Source: Treponema sp.
Lineage (GTDB): Bacteria > Spirochaetota > Spirochaetia > Treponematales > Treponemataceae
Length of the DNA stretch: 64,000 bases
Assembly: GCA_051883255.1 (NCBI GenBank)
Contig: JBJETJ010000032.1
Location: forward strand, 15,562 to 79,561
Direction: 5' to 3'
Positions 29,109-37,887 of this stretch are shown piece by piece. The notes under the pieces are model-generated. The model made no database searches. It was given only the letters and a program-made list of their open reading frames with translations, and had not been told where the DNA came from. How positions within the stretch are numbered: the stretch's first letter is position 1; every line of letters starts with the position of its first letter. The position numbers and the translations under genes are program-made.

Positions 29109-30689
29109 ATGAAAATGGGAAAAACTACAGGATTTTTAGATTATACAAGAACAGAAAACGGAAATTTTCCGCCGCTGGAAAGAATAAAAAACTTCAAGGA
29201 ATTTCATCCGTTTCTTGATGACGTAAAGCGCCGTGAACAGGCCGCACGATGTATGAACTGCGGAGTGCCGATGTGTCAGTCTGCAATAAAACTTGCCGGT
29301 ATGGTAACGGGCTGTCCTCTGCACAATTATATCCCTGAGTGGAACGACGCGCTCTATCAGGGTCAGTACGATATGGCAGCCTGGCGTCTTTTAAAGACTT
29401 CAAGCTTTCCTGAGTTTACGGGCCGTGTCTGCCCTGCGTTATGCGAAAAAGCATGCAACTGCGGAAACCCTGTCTGCAATGACGAAGCCGTTACGATTCA
29501 CGACAACGAACTTTACATTATCGAAAAAGCTTTTTCTTCCGGCTATATGCAGCCAGAAATTCCTGATTCACGAAGCGGAAAAAAAGTTGCCGTAATCGGT
29601 TCAGGGCCTGCGGGACTTGCAGTTGCAGACTGGCTTAACAGGCGCGGACATTCCGTAACAGTTTACGAGCGCGAAGACAAAGCAGGCGGACTTTTGATGT
29701 ACGGAATTCCAAATATGAAGCTCGACAAAAAAATCGTTGACCGCCGAATTGAACTGATGAAAGCCGAAGGCGTTGAATTTATTTTTAATGCCGACGTCGG
29801 AAAAAATATTTCTGCAAGCCACATCATGCAAAGTTACGATGCAGTCGCTCTGTGCTGCGGTGCAAAAAAAGCAAGGGCACTTTCTGCAACCGGCATCGAA
29901 AAACTTAACGGCGGTAAAAACGGCGCAGAAGGCGGAATGATGTTTGCCGTAGATTTCTTGAAAGAAGTTACAAAGTGTGTAATTGCCACGACTTCTGCAC
30001 TTGAAAAAATCAAAATCAATCCTGCAAACGAACAAATCGGACAAATGCTTTTAAAAGAAGCCGGCATTGAACTCAAAGACAAAAACGTCATCATCGTCGG
30101 CGGTGGTGACACAGGCAACGACTGCACGGGAACTTCAATAAGGCTCGGTGCAAAAAGCATAACCCAGATTGAAATGATGCCGTGTCCTCCAGCCAGCCGT
30201 GCAGAAAACAATCCTTGGCCGCAGTGGCCGCGTGTTTTAAAAACAGACTACGGCGCAGAAGAATCAATCGCAGTATACGGTCACGATCCGCGCGTTTACG
30301 AAACTACGATAAAAGAAGTTTTCAGCAAGGACGGAAAAATCACGGGCGTAAAAACTGTCGAAGTAGAATTCCAGACAATCGACGGAAAACGCCAGCTTGT
30401 TGAACGCAAAGGAACAGAAAAAGAACTGCCTTGCGATTTGCTTTTAGTTGCAGCAGGATTTGTCGGAGCAGAAGAATATACAGCCGAAAGTTTCGGAACG
30501 GAACTCGGACCGCGCGGAACAGTGCTTTCAAAAAGCGGAAAAACTTTCAGTTCAGAAACAGGCTACCATTCATCAGTTGAAAAAGTCTTTACGGCAGGCG
30601 ATATGCACCGCGGACAGTCTTTAGTTGTCTGGGCAATCGCAGAAGGCCGTGAATGTGCTCAGGAAATTGATGAGTATTTGATGAAATAA
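29109..30689 (+). CDS. gltD: Glutamate synthase small subunit
   Basis: QAARCMNCGVPMC, FPEFTGRVCPALCE, VIGSGPAGL, VGGGDTGNDC, GDMHRGQSLVVWAIAEGR. Confidence 0.97.
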   Translation: MKMGKTTGFLDYTRTENGNFPPLERIKNFKEFHPFLDDVKRREQAARCMNCGVPMCQSAIKLAGMVTGCPLHNYIPEWNDALYQGQYDMAAWRLLKTSSFPEFTGRVCPALCEKACNCGNPVCNDEAVTIHDNELYIIEKAFSSGYMQPEIPDSRSGKKVAVIGSGPAGLAVADWLNRRGHSVTVYEREDKAGGLLMYGIPNMKLDKKIVDRRIELMKAEGVEFIFNADVGKNISASHIMQSYDAVALCCGAKKARALSATGIEKLNGGKNGAEGGMMFAVDFLKEVTKCVIATTSALEKIKINPANEQIGQMLLKEAGIELKDKNVIIVGGGDTGNDCTGTSIRLGAKSITQIEMMPCPPASRAENNPWPQWPRVLKTDYGAEESIAVYGHDPRVYETTIKEVFSKDGKITGVKTVEVEFQTIDGKRQLVERKGTEKELPCDLLLVAAGFVGAEEYTAESFGTELGPRGTVLSKSGKTFSSETGYHSSVEKVFTAGDMHRGQSLVVWAIAEGRECAQEIDEYLMK

Positions 30690-30702
30690 GGACTGGCAGA
30701 CA

Positions 30703-32133
30703 ATGGGTTTTCATGACGAATGTGGCGTTGTAGGAATTTTCAATGCAGAAAATTCCGCAGCGCTTACATATTTTGCAATTACCTCTTTACAGCACAGAGG
30801 ACAGGAAAGTGCAGGAATCGCAGTTTCTGACGGAACTGAAATTCACATTCATAAAGATATGGGACTTGTCAGCGACGTTTTTGAACAAGACCATTTTGAC
30901 TCATTAAAAGGAAACATCGCAGTAGGTCATGTCCGCTATGCAACGGCAGGCGGAAGAACAATCGAAAACGCACAGCCTTTCTTTAACACTTCAAAACTTG
31001 GCGGTATTGCACTTGCCCACAACGGACAGCTTGTAAACTACGAACCATTGCGCGAAATGCTCGAGGACTCAGGCAATACATTTTCTTCAACGAGCGACTC
31101 GGAAGTAATCATAAAACTGATTGCACGCAACTACAAAAAAGGACTTGAAAACGCAGTCGTCAACACGATTCAGCTTATAAAAGGTTCTTACGCACTCTGC
31201 CTTATGACAGAAGACACGCTCATCGGTGTCAGAGATCCAAACGGAATCCGCCCCTTGTGTCTTGGAAAAATAACTTCAAGTTCAACTGAACAGGATTTAT
31301 CAGGTTCATCAAGTTCTTCAAGTTCATCAAATTCGTCAAATCTAAACGAAGAAAAAACGACATACATTCTTGCATCAGAGTCCTGTGCAATCGATTCCGT
31401 AAACGGAGAATTTGTGCGCGACATTCAGCCCGGCGAAATCGTCATCATCACAAAAGACGGCGTAAAATCAATTCTCCTCGAAGAAAAAACACGAAAGCAG
31501 ACATGTATTTTTGAATACGTTTACTTTGCGCGCCCCGACTCCGTCATCGACCAGATTGCGGTTCAGGAAGCCAGATACAAAATGGGAAAAGTCCTCGCAA
31601 ACGAATCTCCCGTAGAAGCCGACGTCGTAATCGGAGTGCCCGACAGCGGAATCGGCGCGGCACAAGGCTACGCAAAAGAATCAGGAATTCCGTATGTCAC
31701 GGGAATAATAAAAAACAAATACATCGGACGAACATTTATTGCGCCGACACAAAAAGAGCGCGAAAATATGGTCTTTGTAAAATTGAACGCAATCAAGAGC
31801 GACCTCGAAGGAAAACGCGTAATCGTAATTGACGATTCAATCGTACGCGGAACTACGAGCAGACGGCTTGTCCAGATTTTAAGGCGCGCAGGTGCAAAAG
31901 AAGTTCACTTTCGGGTATCGTCGCCACCGGTAAAATTTCCGTGCTACCTTGGAATCGACACGCCGAGCAAAAATGAACTTATCTCAAGCACGCACGAACT
32001 TGAAGAAATACGAAAAGAAATCGGAGCAGATTCCCTTGCATTCATCAGTCTTGAAGGAATGATAAAATCATTCGGAGTTGATACATTCTGCAAAGGCTGT
32101 TTTTGCGGAGAATATCCTGTTGCAGGAAAATAG
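30703..32133 (+). CDS. purF: Amidophosphoribosyltransferase
   Basis: DECGVVG, LQHRGQESAG, AHNGQL, CIFEYVYFARPDS, VIDDSIVRGTTS, CYLGID, CKGCFCGEYP. Confidence 0.97.
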   Translation: MGFHDECGVVGIFNAENSAALTYFAITSLQHRGQESAGIAVSDGTEIHIHKDMGLVSDVFEQDHFDSLKGNIAVGHVRYATAGGRTIENAQPFFNTSKLGGIALAHNGQLVNYEPLREMLEDSGNTFSSTSDSEVIIKLIARNYKKGLENAVVNTIQLIKGSYALCLMTEDTLIGVRDPNGIRPLCLGKITSSSTEQDLSGSSSSSSSSNSSNLNEEKTTYILASESCAIDSVNGEFVRDIQPGEIVIITKDGVKSILLEEKTRKQTCIFEYVYFARPDSVIDQIAVQEARYKMGKVLANESPVEADVVIGVPDSGIGAAQGYAKESGIPYVTGIIKNKYIGRTFIAPTQKERENMVFVKLNAIKSDLEGKRVIVIDDSIVRGTTSRRLVQILRRAGAKEVHFRVSSPPVKFPCYLGIDTPSKNELISSTHELEEIRKEIGADSLAFISLEGMIKSFGVDTFCKGCFCGEYPVAGK

Positions 32134-32143
32134 TTAAAACGAT

Positions 32144-32710
32144 TTAAGCGTAAGTTTTGATGACCTGTTCTGCAACCGCGATTTTTTTTATGCAGCGGTC
32201 CATCGCTTCTTTTTCGATGTAGCGGTGGGCGTCCTGTTCAGTCATTTTGAGGTTCTGCATTAAAATCATTTTTGCGCGGTTAATCAGGCGGATTTCTTCC
32301 ATTTTGACTTTGAGCTTTGTCGTCTGACTTGAAAGAACCTGAACTTTATACTGAACTGCAAGCGCAATTTTTATCATATTATAAAAATAGAACTGGTCAA
32401 ACGTCGAAGTTATCGTAAGAATTCCGTACGTTTCAACTTTGTAACTTATCTGGTCAAAAAACTGAACGGGCGAAAGCAACAAAATCGTACTTGCAGAATC
32501 AGAAATATCGATTGCAAAATCAGTTCCTTCGCCGTCGGCAAAATCGACAATCACGATATTATAACTGCGCTCAGAACAAATCCGGCGCGCTTCGTTAAAG
32601 TCTTTTATAATGACAGTTTCAAAAGTCGGCGGAACAAGCATACTGTTAATCAGCGAGGAAATTTTATCATCTCTTGTTACAACTAAAACGCTGTGAGTTT
32701 CTTGAGTCAT
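32144..32710 (-). CDS. ANTAR-domain antiterminator with degenerate receiver domain (AmiR/NasT/NitR-like)
   Basis: C-terminal INRAKMILM...TEQDAHRYIEKEAMDRCIKKIAVA is an ANTAR motif; the N-terminal receiver-like fold lacks the conserved beta5 K-P. Confidence 0.9.
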   Translation of the reverse strand: MTQETHSVLVVTRDDKISSLINSMLVPPTFETVIIKDFNEARRICSERSYNIVIVDFADGEGTDFAIDISDSASTILLLSPVQFFDQISYKVETYGILTITSTFDQFYFYNMIKIALAVQYKVQVLSSQTTKLKVKMEEIRLINRAKMILMQNLKMTEQDAHRYIEKEAMDRCIKKIAVAEQVIKTYA

Positions 32711-32712
32711 AT

Positions 32713-33879
32713 CTAGTTATTGAAAATTCCCTTTATAAAGTCGCTCTCGTCTGCCAGCTTTTTTGCAGCTCCCAGAGTGTCAGGCAAAGTTTTTAAGTCG
32801 CCGACATTGCTGATGTCAAAAAGATTTTTCTCTACAGGTTCTGGCGGTAAAAGATTATTTTTTATTCCGTCCAATGCTGAATAAATCAAAACCGTAAATG
32901 CAATGTACGGATTACATTCAGAATCAGCAGAGCGAACTTCAAGGCGCGTTGAATTTTTACTTGCAGGAACTCTGATAAAAGCAGAGCGATTTTCTGAACC
33001 CCAGCAGATGTACTTTGGAGCTTTGTGTTCGCCAAGCCGGTTATATGATTCTTCTGAGGAATTTAGAAAATACGTAATCTCCTCTGCGTGTTTGATTATT
33101 CCTGCAAGAACATTCTGCATTTTTGAATTGTCAGAACATGAAATATTTATGTGCAGACCGCTTCCTGCTTCCCCGCTCAAAGGCTTTGGAGAAAAGTCTG
33201 CAAAAAGACCGTTGGTTGCAGCCTTTGTCCGTACAATCCATTTAAAAGTTTCTGCATTGTCAGCGGCAATAAGCGGATCTGAATAATGAAAATCAATTTC
33301 GTTCTGCCCCGGGCCTTCTTCGTGATGGCTTGATTCGGGCGTAATTCCCATCTGCTCAAGAGTAAGGCAAATCTCGCGGCGGATATTTTCGCCTTTGTCC
33401 TCCGGTGCAATATCCATATAGCCGGCATTGTCAAAAGGAATTTTTGTAGGTTCGTTTTTTTCGTTCAATTTGAAAAGGTAGAATTCGATTTCAGTTCCGA
33501 TTCCAAATTCAAGATTGAATTTGTCTTTTGCAAAGTTCACTGCATTTTGAAGCATAGTGCGGCAGTCTTTTTTGTAGAGAGTTCCGTCGGGATATTTTAT
33601 GTTGCAGAACATTCTTACGACTTTGCCTGTGTTCGGACGCCAGGGGAGAACGCAAATTGTCGTAGGGTCTGGGTGCAAAAACAAATCAGATTTTTCAGGA
33701 GTTTCAAAACCGCAGATTGCAGACGCATCAAAACTTATTCCCTCGCGAAAAGCGCGCTCCAGCTGCGTGGCAATAATCGAAATATTTTTTTGCCGTCCCT
33801 TTATGTCAAAAAAAGCAAGCCGAACAAATTTTACGTCTTCTTCTTTTATAAAATCAAGTATTTCGCTTTCTGTGTACAT
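32713..33879 (-). CDS. glnA: Glutamine synthetase type I-like protein (short, ~388 aa)
   Basis: FDASAICGF, GTEIEFYLF, HHEEGPGQNEID, PKPLSGEAGSGLHINIS, WGSENRSAFIRVP, RLEVRSAD..CNPY; ATG at 33879 follows GGGAG. Confidence 0.85.
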   Translation of the reverse strand: MYTESEILDFIKEEDVKFVRLAFFDIKGRQKNISIIATQLERAFREGISFDASAICGFETPEKSDLFLHPDPTTICVLPWRPNTGKVVRMFCNIKYPDGTLYKKDCRTMLQNAVNFAKDKFNLEFGIGTEIEFYLFKLNEKNEPTKIPFDNAGYMDIAPEDKGENIRREICLTLEQMGITPESSHHEEGPGQNEIDFHYSDPLIAADNAETFKWIVRTKAATNGLFADFSPKPLSGEAGSGLHINISCSDNSKMQNVLAGIIKHAEEITYFLNSSEESYNRLGEHKAPKYICWGSENRSAFIRVPASKNSTRLEVRSADSECNPYIAFTVLIYSALDGIKNNLLPPEPVEKNLFDISNVGDLKTLPDTLGAAKKLADESDFIKGIFNN

Positions 33880-33939
33880 CGTTTCTCCCATAAAAATCAA
33901 TTTAAAACCAATTTAAGGAAATTTAATTTCCGCAATAAT

Positions 33940-34038
33940 AAAAAATGGCCGGAGAAGCCGACTGAATTTTTCCAGTAAACTGTTCCCGACCTTTCTGCTT
34001 CGAGTTTAAATAATATTTTAAATTTTTACTTTTAGCAA
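33940..34038 (-). promoter_or_regulatory. Promoter plus divergent attenuator-like leader of the glnA-ANTAR operon
   Basis: TTGCTA(34038-34033)-17-TATTAT(34015-34010); AGCAGAAAGGTC(33999-33988) runs into GGTCGGGA...TCCGGCC-ATTTTTT. Confidence 0.6.
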
Positions 34039-34045
34039 TAGTGCG

Positions 34046-34372
34046 CTCGTAAATTTCAATTACCCCACAAACACTGGACTACCTCGCGCCACGAGTTTGC
34101 AAAGGGCAAACTCTGTATGGGGTGTGGGTCGGTGTAACTTTTGAATTTCAGTTGCTTCACAAGCACGGAGTTAGTTCGCGGTACGAGAATTGCATAGCGC
34201 AATTCTCTATGTGGGGTGTGGGTCGGTGTAACTTGTAAATTTCGGTTACCTTACAAGCACTGGACTACCTCGCGCCACGAGAATTGCACAGGGGCAAAAC
34301 TCTGTGTGGGGTGTGGGTCGGTGTAACTCGTAAATTTCGATTGCTCACAAACACGGAGTTAGTTCGCGGTAC
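34046..34372. repeat. Tandem array of ~93-95-bp mosaic units (REP/BIME-like), about 3.4 copies
   Basis: GGGGTGTGGGTCGGTGTAACT identical at 34119, 34213, 34308; alternating TGGACTACCTCGCGCCAC (34075, 34261) and GGAGTTAGTTCGCGGTAC (34167, 34355); each full unit carries a hairpin. Confidence 0.9.
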
Positions 34373-34395
34373 TAGGCTGGAATTTTGCAGGGTAT

Positions 34396-34424
34396 AAAAA
34401 AAGGCTGTCCGACGGACAGCCTTT
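34396..34424 (-). terminator. Intrinsic terminator of the outer-membrane protein gene
   Basis: AAAGGCTGTCC-GAC-GGACAGCCTTT with A-run at 34396-34402. Confidence 0.8.
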
Positions 34425-34443
34425 GTCAGTTTTTTATGACTTA

Positions 34444-35160
34444 TTACCAGTTAAAAGAAATTCCGACATAAATTTCATTGTTGAAGTAGTTTACAGAATC
34501 AGCGTCATATTGTTCTAAATTCTTTGAATATGATTTTGTAGGAATTACTGCAAAACGGTAACCGATAACAGGACTTACAGGACTGTTTGGAACAAACTTT
34601 GCCTGAACTTCTGCACCAAATCCAACTCCGCCAATAATGTACATATCTGTTGTTCTAGAATATCCATCACCACCTTCATCTAAATACTCTGACGAGAACA
34701 TTCCAAATCCATAAGCGAGACCTAATCCAATATCAAATTTTACGACATTTCCAAGATTAATTCCTACAGCAGGTCCGATGATACCGTTAAAATGAGCAGC
34801 TAAAAAAAGATCCTTCTCTTTCATTTGTCTAGAAACAGGGTTTCCTAAAGAATCAGGACCTTTCCAAGCCATTTTTGTAGTACCACCAACTCCGCCATTA
34901 AAACCAACTACAAAACCAAGACCGAATACATCATTAAAATTAAACAGATGCCATGTTGAAAGATCAAAATCAAATGTTACGGAAGATACATCAGTATTAG
35001 TCTTTTTAGTATAATCACTAAATGATTCTGATTTTTCCATTGCAGCAGAATCAAATCCTACACCAAGGTGCAGCTGGATATCTCCGTCATAAGCACCCCT
35101 TGCAAATGCACTGCCTGCCATAACGCACAGTACAGCAAAAATTCCTATAACTTTTTTCAT
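34444..35160 (-). CDS. Exported, probable outer-membrane beta-barrel protein
   Basis: Signal peptide MKKVIGIFAVLCVMAGSAFA; alternating Gly/aromatic beta-strands; C-terminal YVGISFNW. Confidence 0.75.
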   Translation of the reverse strand: MKKVIGIFAVLCVMAGSAFARGAYDGDIQLHLGVGFDSAAMEKSESFSDYTKKTNTDVSSVTFDFDLSTWHLFNFNDVFGLGFVVGFNGGVGGTTKMAWKGPDSLGNPVSRQMKEKDLFLAAHFNGIIGPAVGINLGNVVKFDIGLGLAYGFGMFSSEYLDEGGDGYSRTTDMYIIGGVGFGAEVQAKFVPNSPVSPVIGYRFAVIPTKSYSKNLEQYDADSVNYFNNEIYVGISFNW

Positions 35161-35201
35161 AAAAACCCCCTATAAAATTGTTTTGTAAAAAAAGTGCTTC
35201 T

Positions 35202-35228
35202 ATTATACCCCCCCCCACAAAAAGTCAA
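35202..35228 (-). promoter_or_regulatory. Promoter with G9 tract in the -35/-10 spacer (TTGACT-15-TATAAT)
   Basis: -35 at 35228-35223, -10 at 35207-35202, C9 on the + strand at 35208-35216. Confidence 0.75.
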
Positions 35229-35295
35229 GTATCTCTGGGGCACAAACACGGAGTTATGAGAGCAAACTTGGTGTCGTGGGGGAAACGGAGATTTT

Positions 35296-35700
35296 TTATG
35301 ACTTGGTGAGGTCGGAGAGGGTTACGCTGTCGAGGTAGTCTTCAACAAGTTTGTCGAGTTTTGTCCACATTGGAAGGGTGCGGCAGATTTTTTTACGGTC
35401 GCAGGGAGGAGCGTTTTTGTCAAGACAGGCAACGGGCGCAAGAGTTCCTTCGGTTAGACGGAGAATATCGCCGACACGATATTCCTGCGGTTTTTTGTTC
35501 AATTTGTAACCGCCGCCTTTTCCGTGAACTGCATCGACAAATTTATTTTTTGACAAAAGCGTCATAATTGATTCGATATATTTTTGCGAAATTCCCTGAC
35601 GTTCGGCAATTTCTTTTAAAGGGATTCTTTCCTGATTTGAATTTTCTGCTAAGTCAATCATCACACGCAGGGCGTATCGTCCTCTTGTTGAAACTATCAT
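35296..35700 (-). CDS. Rrf2-family transcriptional regulator (CymR/IscR-like)
   Basis: MIVSTRGRYALRVMIDLA, EIAERQGISQKYIE, GKGGGYKL, EGTLAPVAC. Confidence 0.92.
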   Translation of the reverse strand: MIVSTRGRYALRVMIDLAENSNQERIPLKEIAERQGISQKYIESIMTLLSKNKFVDAVHGKGGGYKLNKKPQEYRVGDILRLTEGTLAPVACLDKNAPPCDRKKICRTLPMWTKLDKLVEDYLDSVTLSDLTKS

Positions 35701-35865
35701 AAATTATCTACCTTCCTTATAGATAAATAGATTATAACAAATTTTTTGAGAACTGAAAAGATTTAACTCAGGCGGAAGTTTTAAAAAGTGATTTCTATTT
35801 TACGAAACAGACTGTATAATAAAACAGTTCAGCAGAAATTCATCTGCAACGCAAAAGGAAAAACT

Positions 35866-36321
35866 ATGGAATACAGAATTGCGACAAAAGACGACATAGA
35901 ACTTCTTATGCAAGTCCGGCTTGAAATGCTCCGGATTGTAAACGGACTTTCTGAGGATTTTATTTTTTCAGATGAACTTACAGAAAACAGCAGGCAATAT
36001 TTTTTGCAGGGAAACCAGAGCACAGCCATCGCCGTCGAAAACAAAAAAATCGCAGCCTGCGCAACAATTTCGTACATCGAAGTAATGCCGACATTTTCGC
36101 ACCCGACAGGAAAGCGCGCACACCTGATGAACGTTTACACAAACACCGCGTACAGACGACAGGGCATCGCCCGCTCCCTCGTCCAGATGCTGATATCCGA
36201 AGCAAAACAAAAAAACGTCACGGAAATCAGCCTCGATGCAACATCTTCCGGCAGACCGCTTTACAAAAGCCTCGGCTTTTCCGATTCCGATGAATGTATG
36301 ACACTGAATCTGGCGCGGTGA
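35866..36321 (+). CDS. GNAT-family acetyltransferase
   Basis: HLMNVYTNTAYRRQGIA, GRPLYKSLGF; likely start ATG at 35866. Confidence 0.9.
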   Translation: MEYRIATKDDIELLMQVRLEMLRIVNGLSEDFIFSDELTENSRQYFLQGNQSTAIAVENKKIAACATISYIEVMPTFSHPTGKRAHLMNVYTNTAYRRQGIARSLVQMLISEAKQKNVTEISLDATSSGRPLYKSLGFSDSDECMTLNLAR

Positions 36322-36325
36322 AGTT

Positions 36326-36376
36326 TTATTTTACCTTCCAACCGACCATTCTCCCTGCCTCGTAGTAATTTTCGCA
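36326..36376 (-). pseudogene. Collapsed remnant of a paralogue of the AAA-ATPase/PD-(D/E)xK gene
   Basis: 36326-36350 matches 37888-37912 (24/25) and 36359-36373 matches 38176-38190; the minus strand reads CENYYE-AGR-MVGWKVK*. Confidence 0.7.
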
Positions 36377-36494
36377 AGTCTGGAAACATCACTTTTTTTT
36401 AATATTTTTTATGTATTAAATAAAAACTCCCTGCGTTATAACAAGGAGTTTTTGGATATGCAAATATTTTTTAATCTGCGATTTTTAGTAAAAA

Positions 36495-37229
36495 TTACTT
36501 TTCTTTTTTTACAAGTTCACCAATTTTTTTTACTTTTCTTGAATCAACAGCATCAAACACTTCAATTTTTTCGATTATGCCTACAATCGGCAGATAATTG
36601 TTTGATAACGCTAAATCCTTAAAATCTTTATATTCTTTTGAATCAAAACCTGCAATTTTATAAGTAATCTGCAAAGTAATTTCTCTATTAACACTACCAT
36701 TACCGTATTTTCTTCCTTGCAGGAATGATTTTGCATTAGATTTAGGCATAGCAAAGAAATTATATTTTTCAAATGAATCTAATTTGAATGCAATCGCTTT
36801 TTTGAACAAAGAGTTGGCAGATGCTTTATAATCATAATAAAATTTGCCTAAAGGGAAAAAGGTTCCTTCACCAATAGAAACAGGGAACCCCTCATCAGTA
36901 AAATTATAATCACCAAATTCAACAGTAGTAACAATTACATATTCAGATTCCAAATCAGCATCCTGAATGCTTTTATTAAATTTTTCTTTAAGCAAAGCGA
37001 ACTGCTCTTCCCATTCAAATTCGTCATTGATATATTTGTCATACGTATCTTTTTCAACTACTTTTGCATAGTTAAGATACTCTTCATCTGTAATCTTAGT
37101 ATTTGTTCCCTTTAAATAAACATAATATGCATTATTTTTATCAAGCGATTTTGCTTGCGCAAACAATGCATTTGCCATCAGCAATAATGAAATTGCAACT
37201 CCAAGAGTTTTTTTCATAAAACACTCCAA
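36495..37229 (-). CDS. Exported hypothetical protein (DUF4852-like)
   Basis: Signal peptide ending ALFAQA; NDEFEW...FGDYNFTDEGFP pattern; AT-rich. Confidence 0.6.
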   Translation of the reverse strand: MECFMKKTLGVAISLLLMANALFAQAKSLDKNNAYYVYLKGTNTKITDEEYLNYAKVVEKDTYDKYINDEFEWEEQFALLKEKFNKSIQDADLESEYVIVTTVEFGDYNFTDEGFPVSIGEGTFFPLGKFYYDYKASANSLFKKAIAFKLDSFEKYNFFAMPKSNAKSFLQGRKYGNGSVNREITLQITYKIAGFDSKEYKDFKDLALSNNYLPIVGIIEKIEVFDAVDSRKVKKIGELVKKEK

Positions 37230-37546
37230 TAAAAGTCAACAGTAAAATTGCTTCAAGGTTAATTCTCAAGAATAACTTTACATAGTGACTTTAAAAACGT
37301 TTCTCAACGAAGACCATTTACATCGAAGATAGAAACAAAGTTGATAAGGAAGCCTGCAACGCAAACTTGTGAATAAAAATATTGAAAGACAAGATTTTTA
37401 TCACACACCCTTAGTATATTTTTAATACACTTAATCAGTATTTGTTAATTTTTAATCCACTTTTTGTATATTGTCAATATCTATTTTTATATTTTAGATA
37501 TTAAAAATCACCTAATTAATACACAGAATTCTTTAGACTGACTGTT

Positions 37547-37870
37547 ATGGAAAGCAAAGACATTCAAAAGCGGCTTGCCGAAAATCTACGAAAAATACGT
37601 AAAACTAAAAAACTGACACAATTCGAACTTGCAATCAAATGCGATTTGTCAGAAGCAATGATAAAAAACATAGAACTGAACCGCTCCTGGCCAAGTGAAA
37701 AAACACTCTCGCAAATAACAAAAGCACTTGAAATTGATGTGTACAAATTATTCCTTCCTTTAGCTGCAGATCTTGAGCAGAAAAAAGAAATAAAAATGAC
37801 AATAAAAGAAGAAATAATAAAAGAAATACGCCGGTACATCGACAGGCAGCTTGACTTAATTGAACTGTAA
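37547..37870 (+). CDS. XRE/Cro-family HTH regulator
   Basis: NLRKIRKTKKLTQFELA...IKNIELNRSWPS. Confidence 0.88.
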   Translation: MESKDIQKRLAENLRKIRKTKKLTQFELAIKCDLSEAMIKNIELNRSWPSEKTLSQITKALEIDVYKLFLPLAADLEQKKEIKMTIKEEIIKEIRRYIDRQLDLIEL

Positions 37871-37887
37871 AACGTAAGGCAAAGTAA

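Noticed and set aside
32133-32144. Regulatory antisense overlap between convergent purF and ANTAR genes
   Set aside because: Only a 10-bp gap without a visible terminator is seen; no transcript evidence, and such tight convergent packing is common.
34046-34372. CRISPR array (identical 21-bp sequence at regular spacing)
   Set aside because: The intervening segments are ~73 bp and homologous to each other in an alternating pattern rather than unique spacers; no cas genes in the window.
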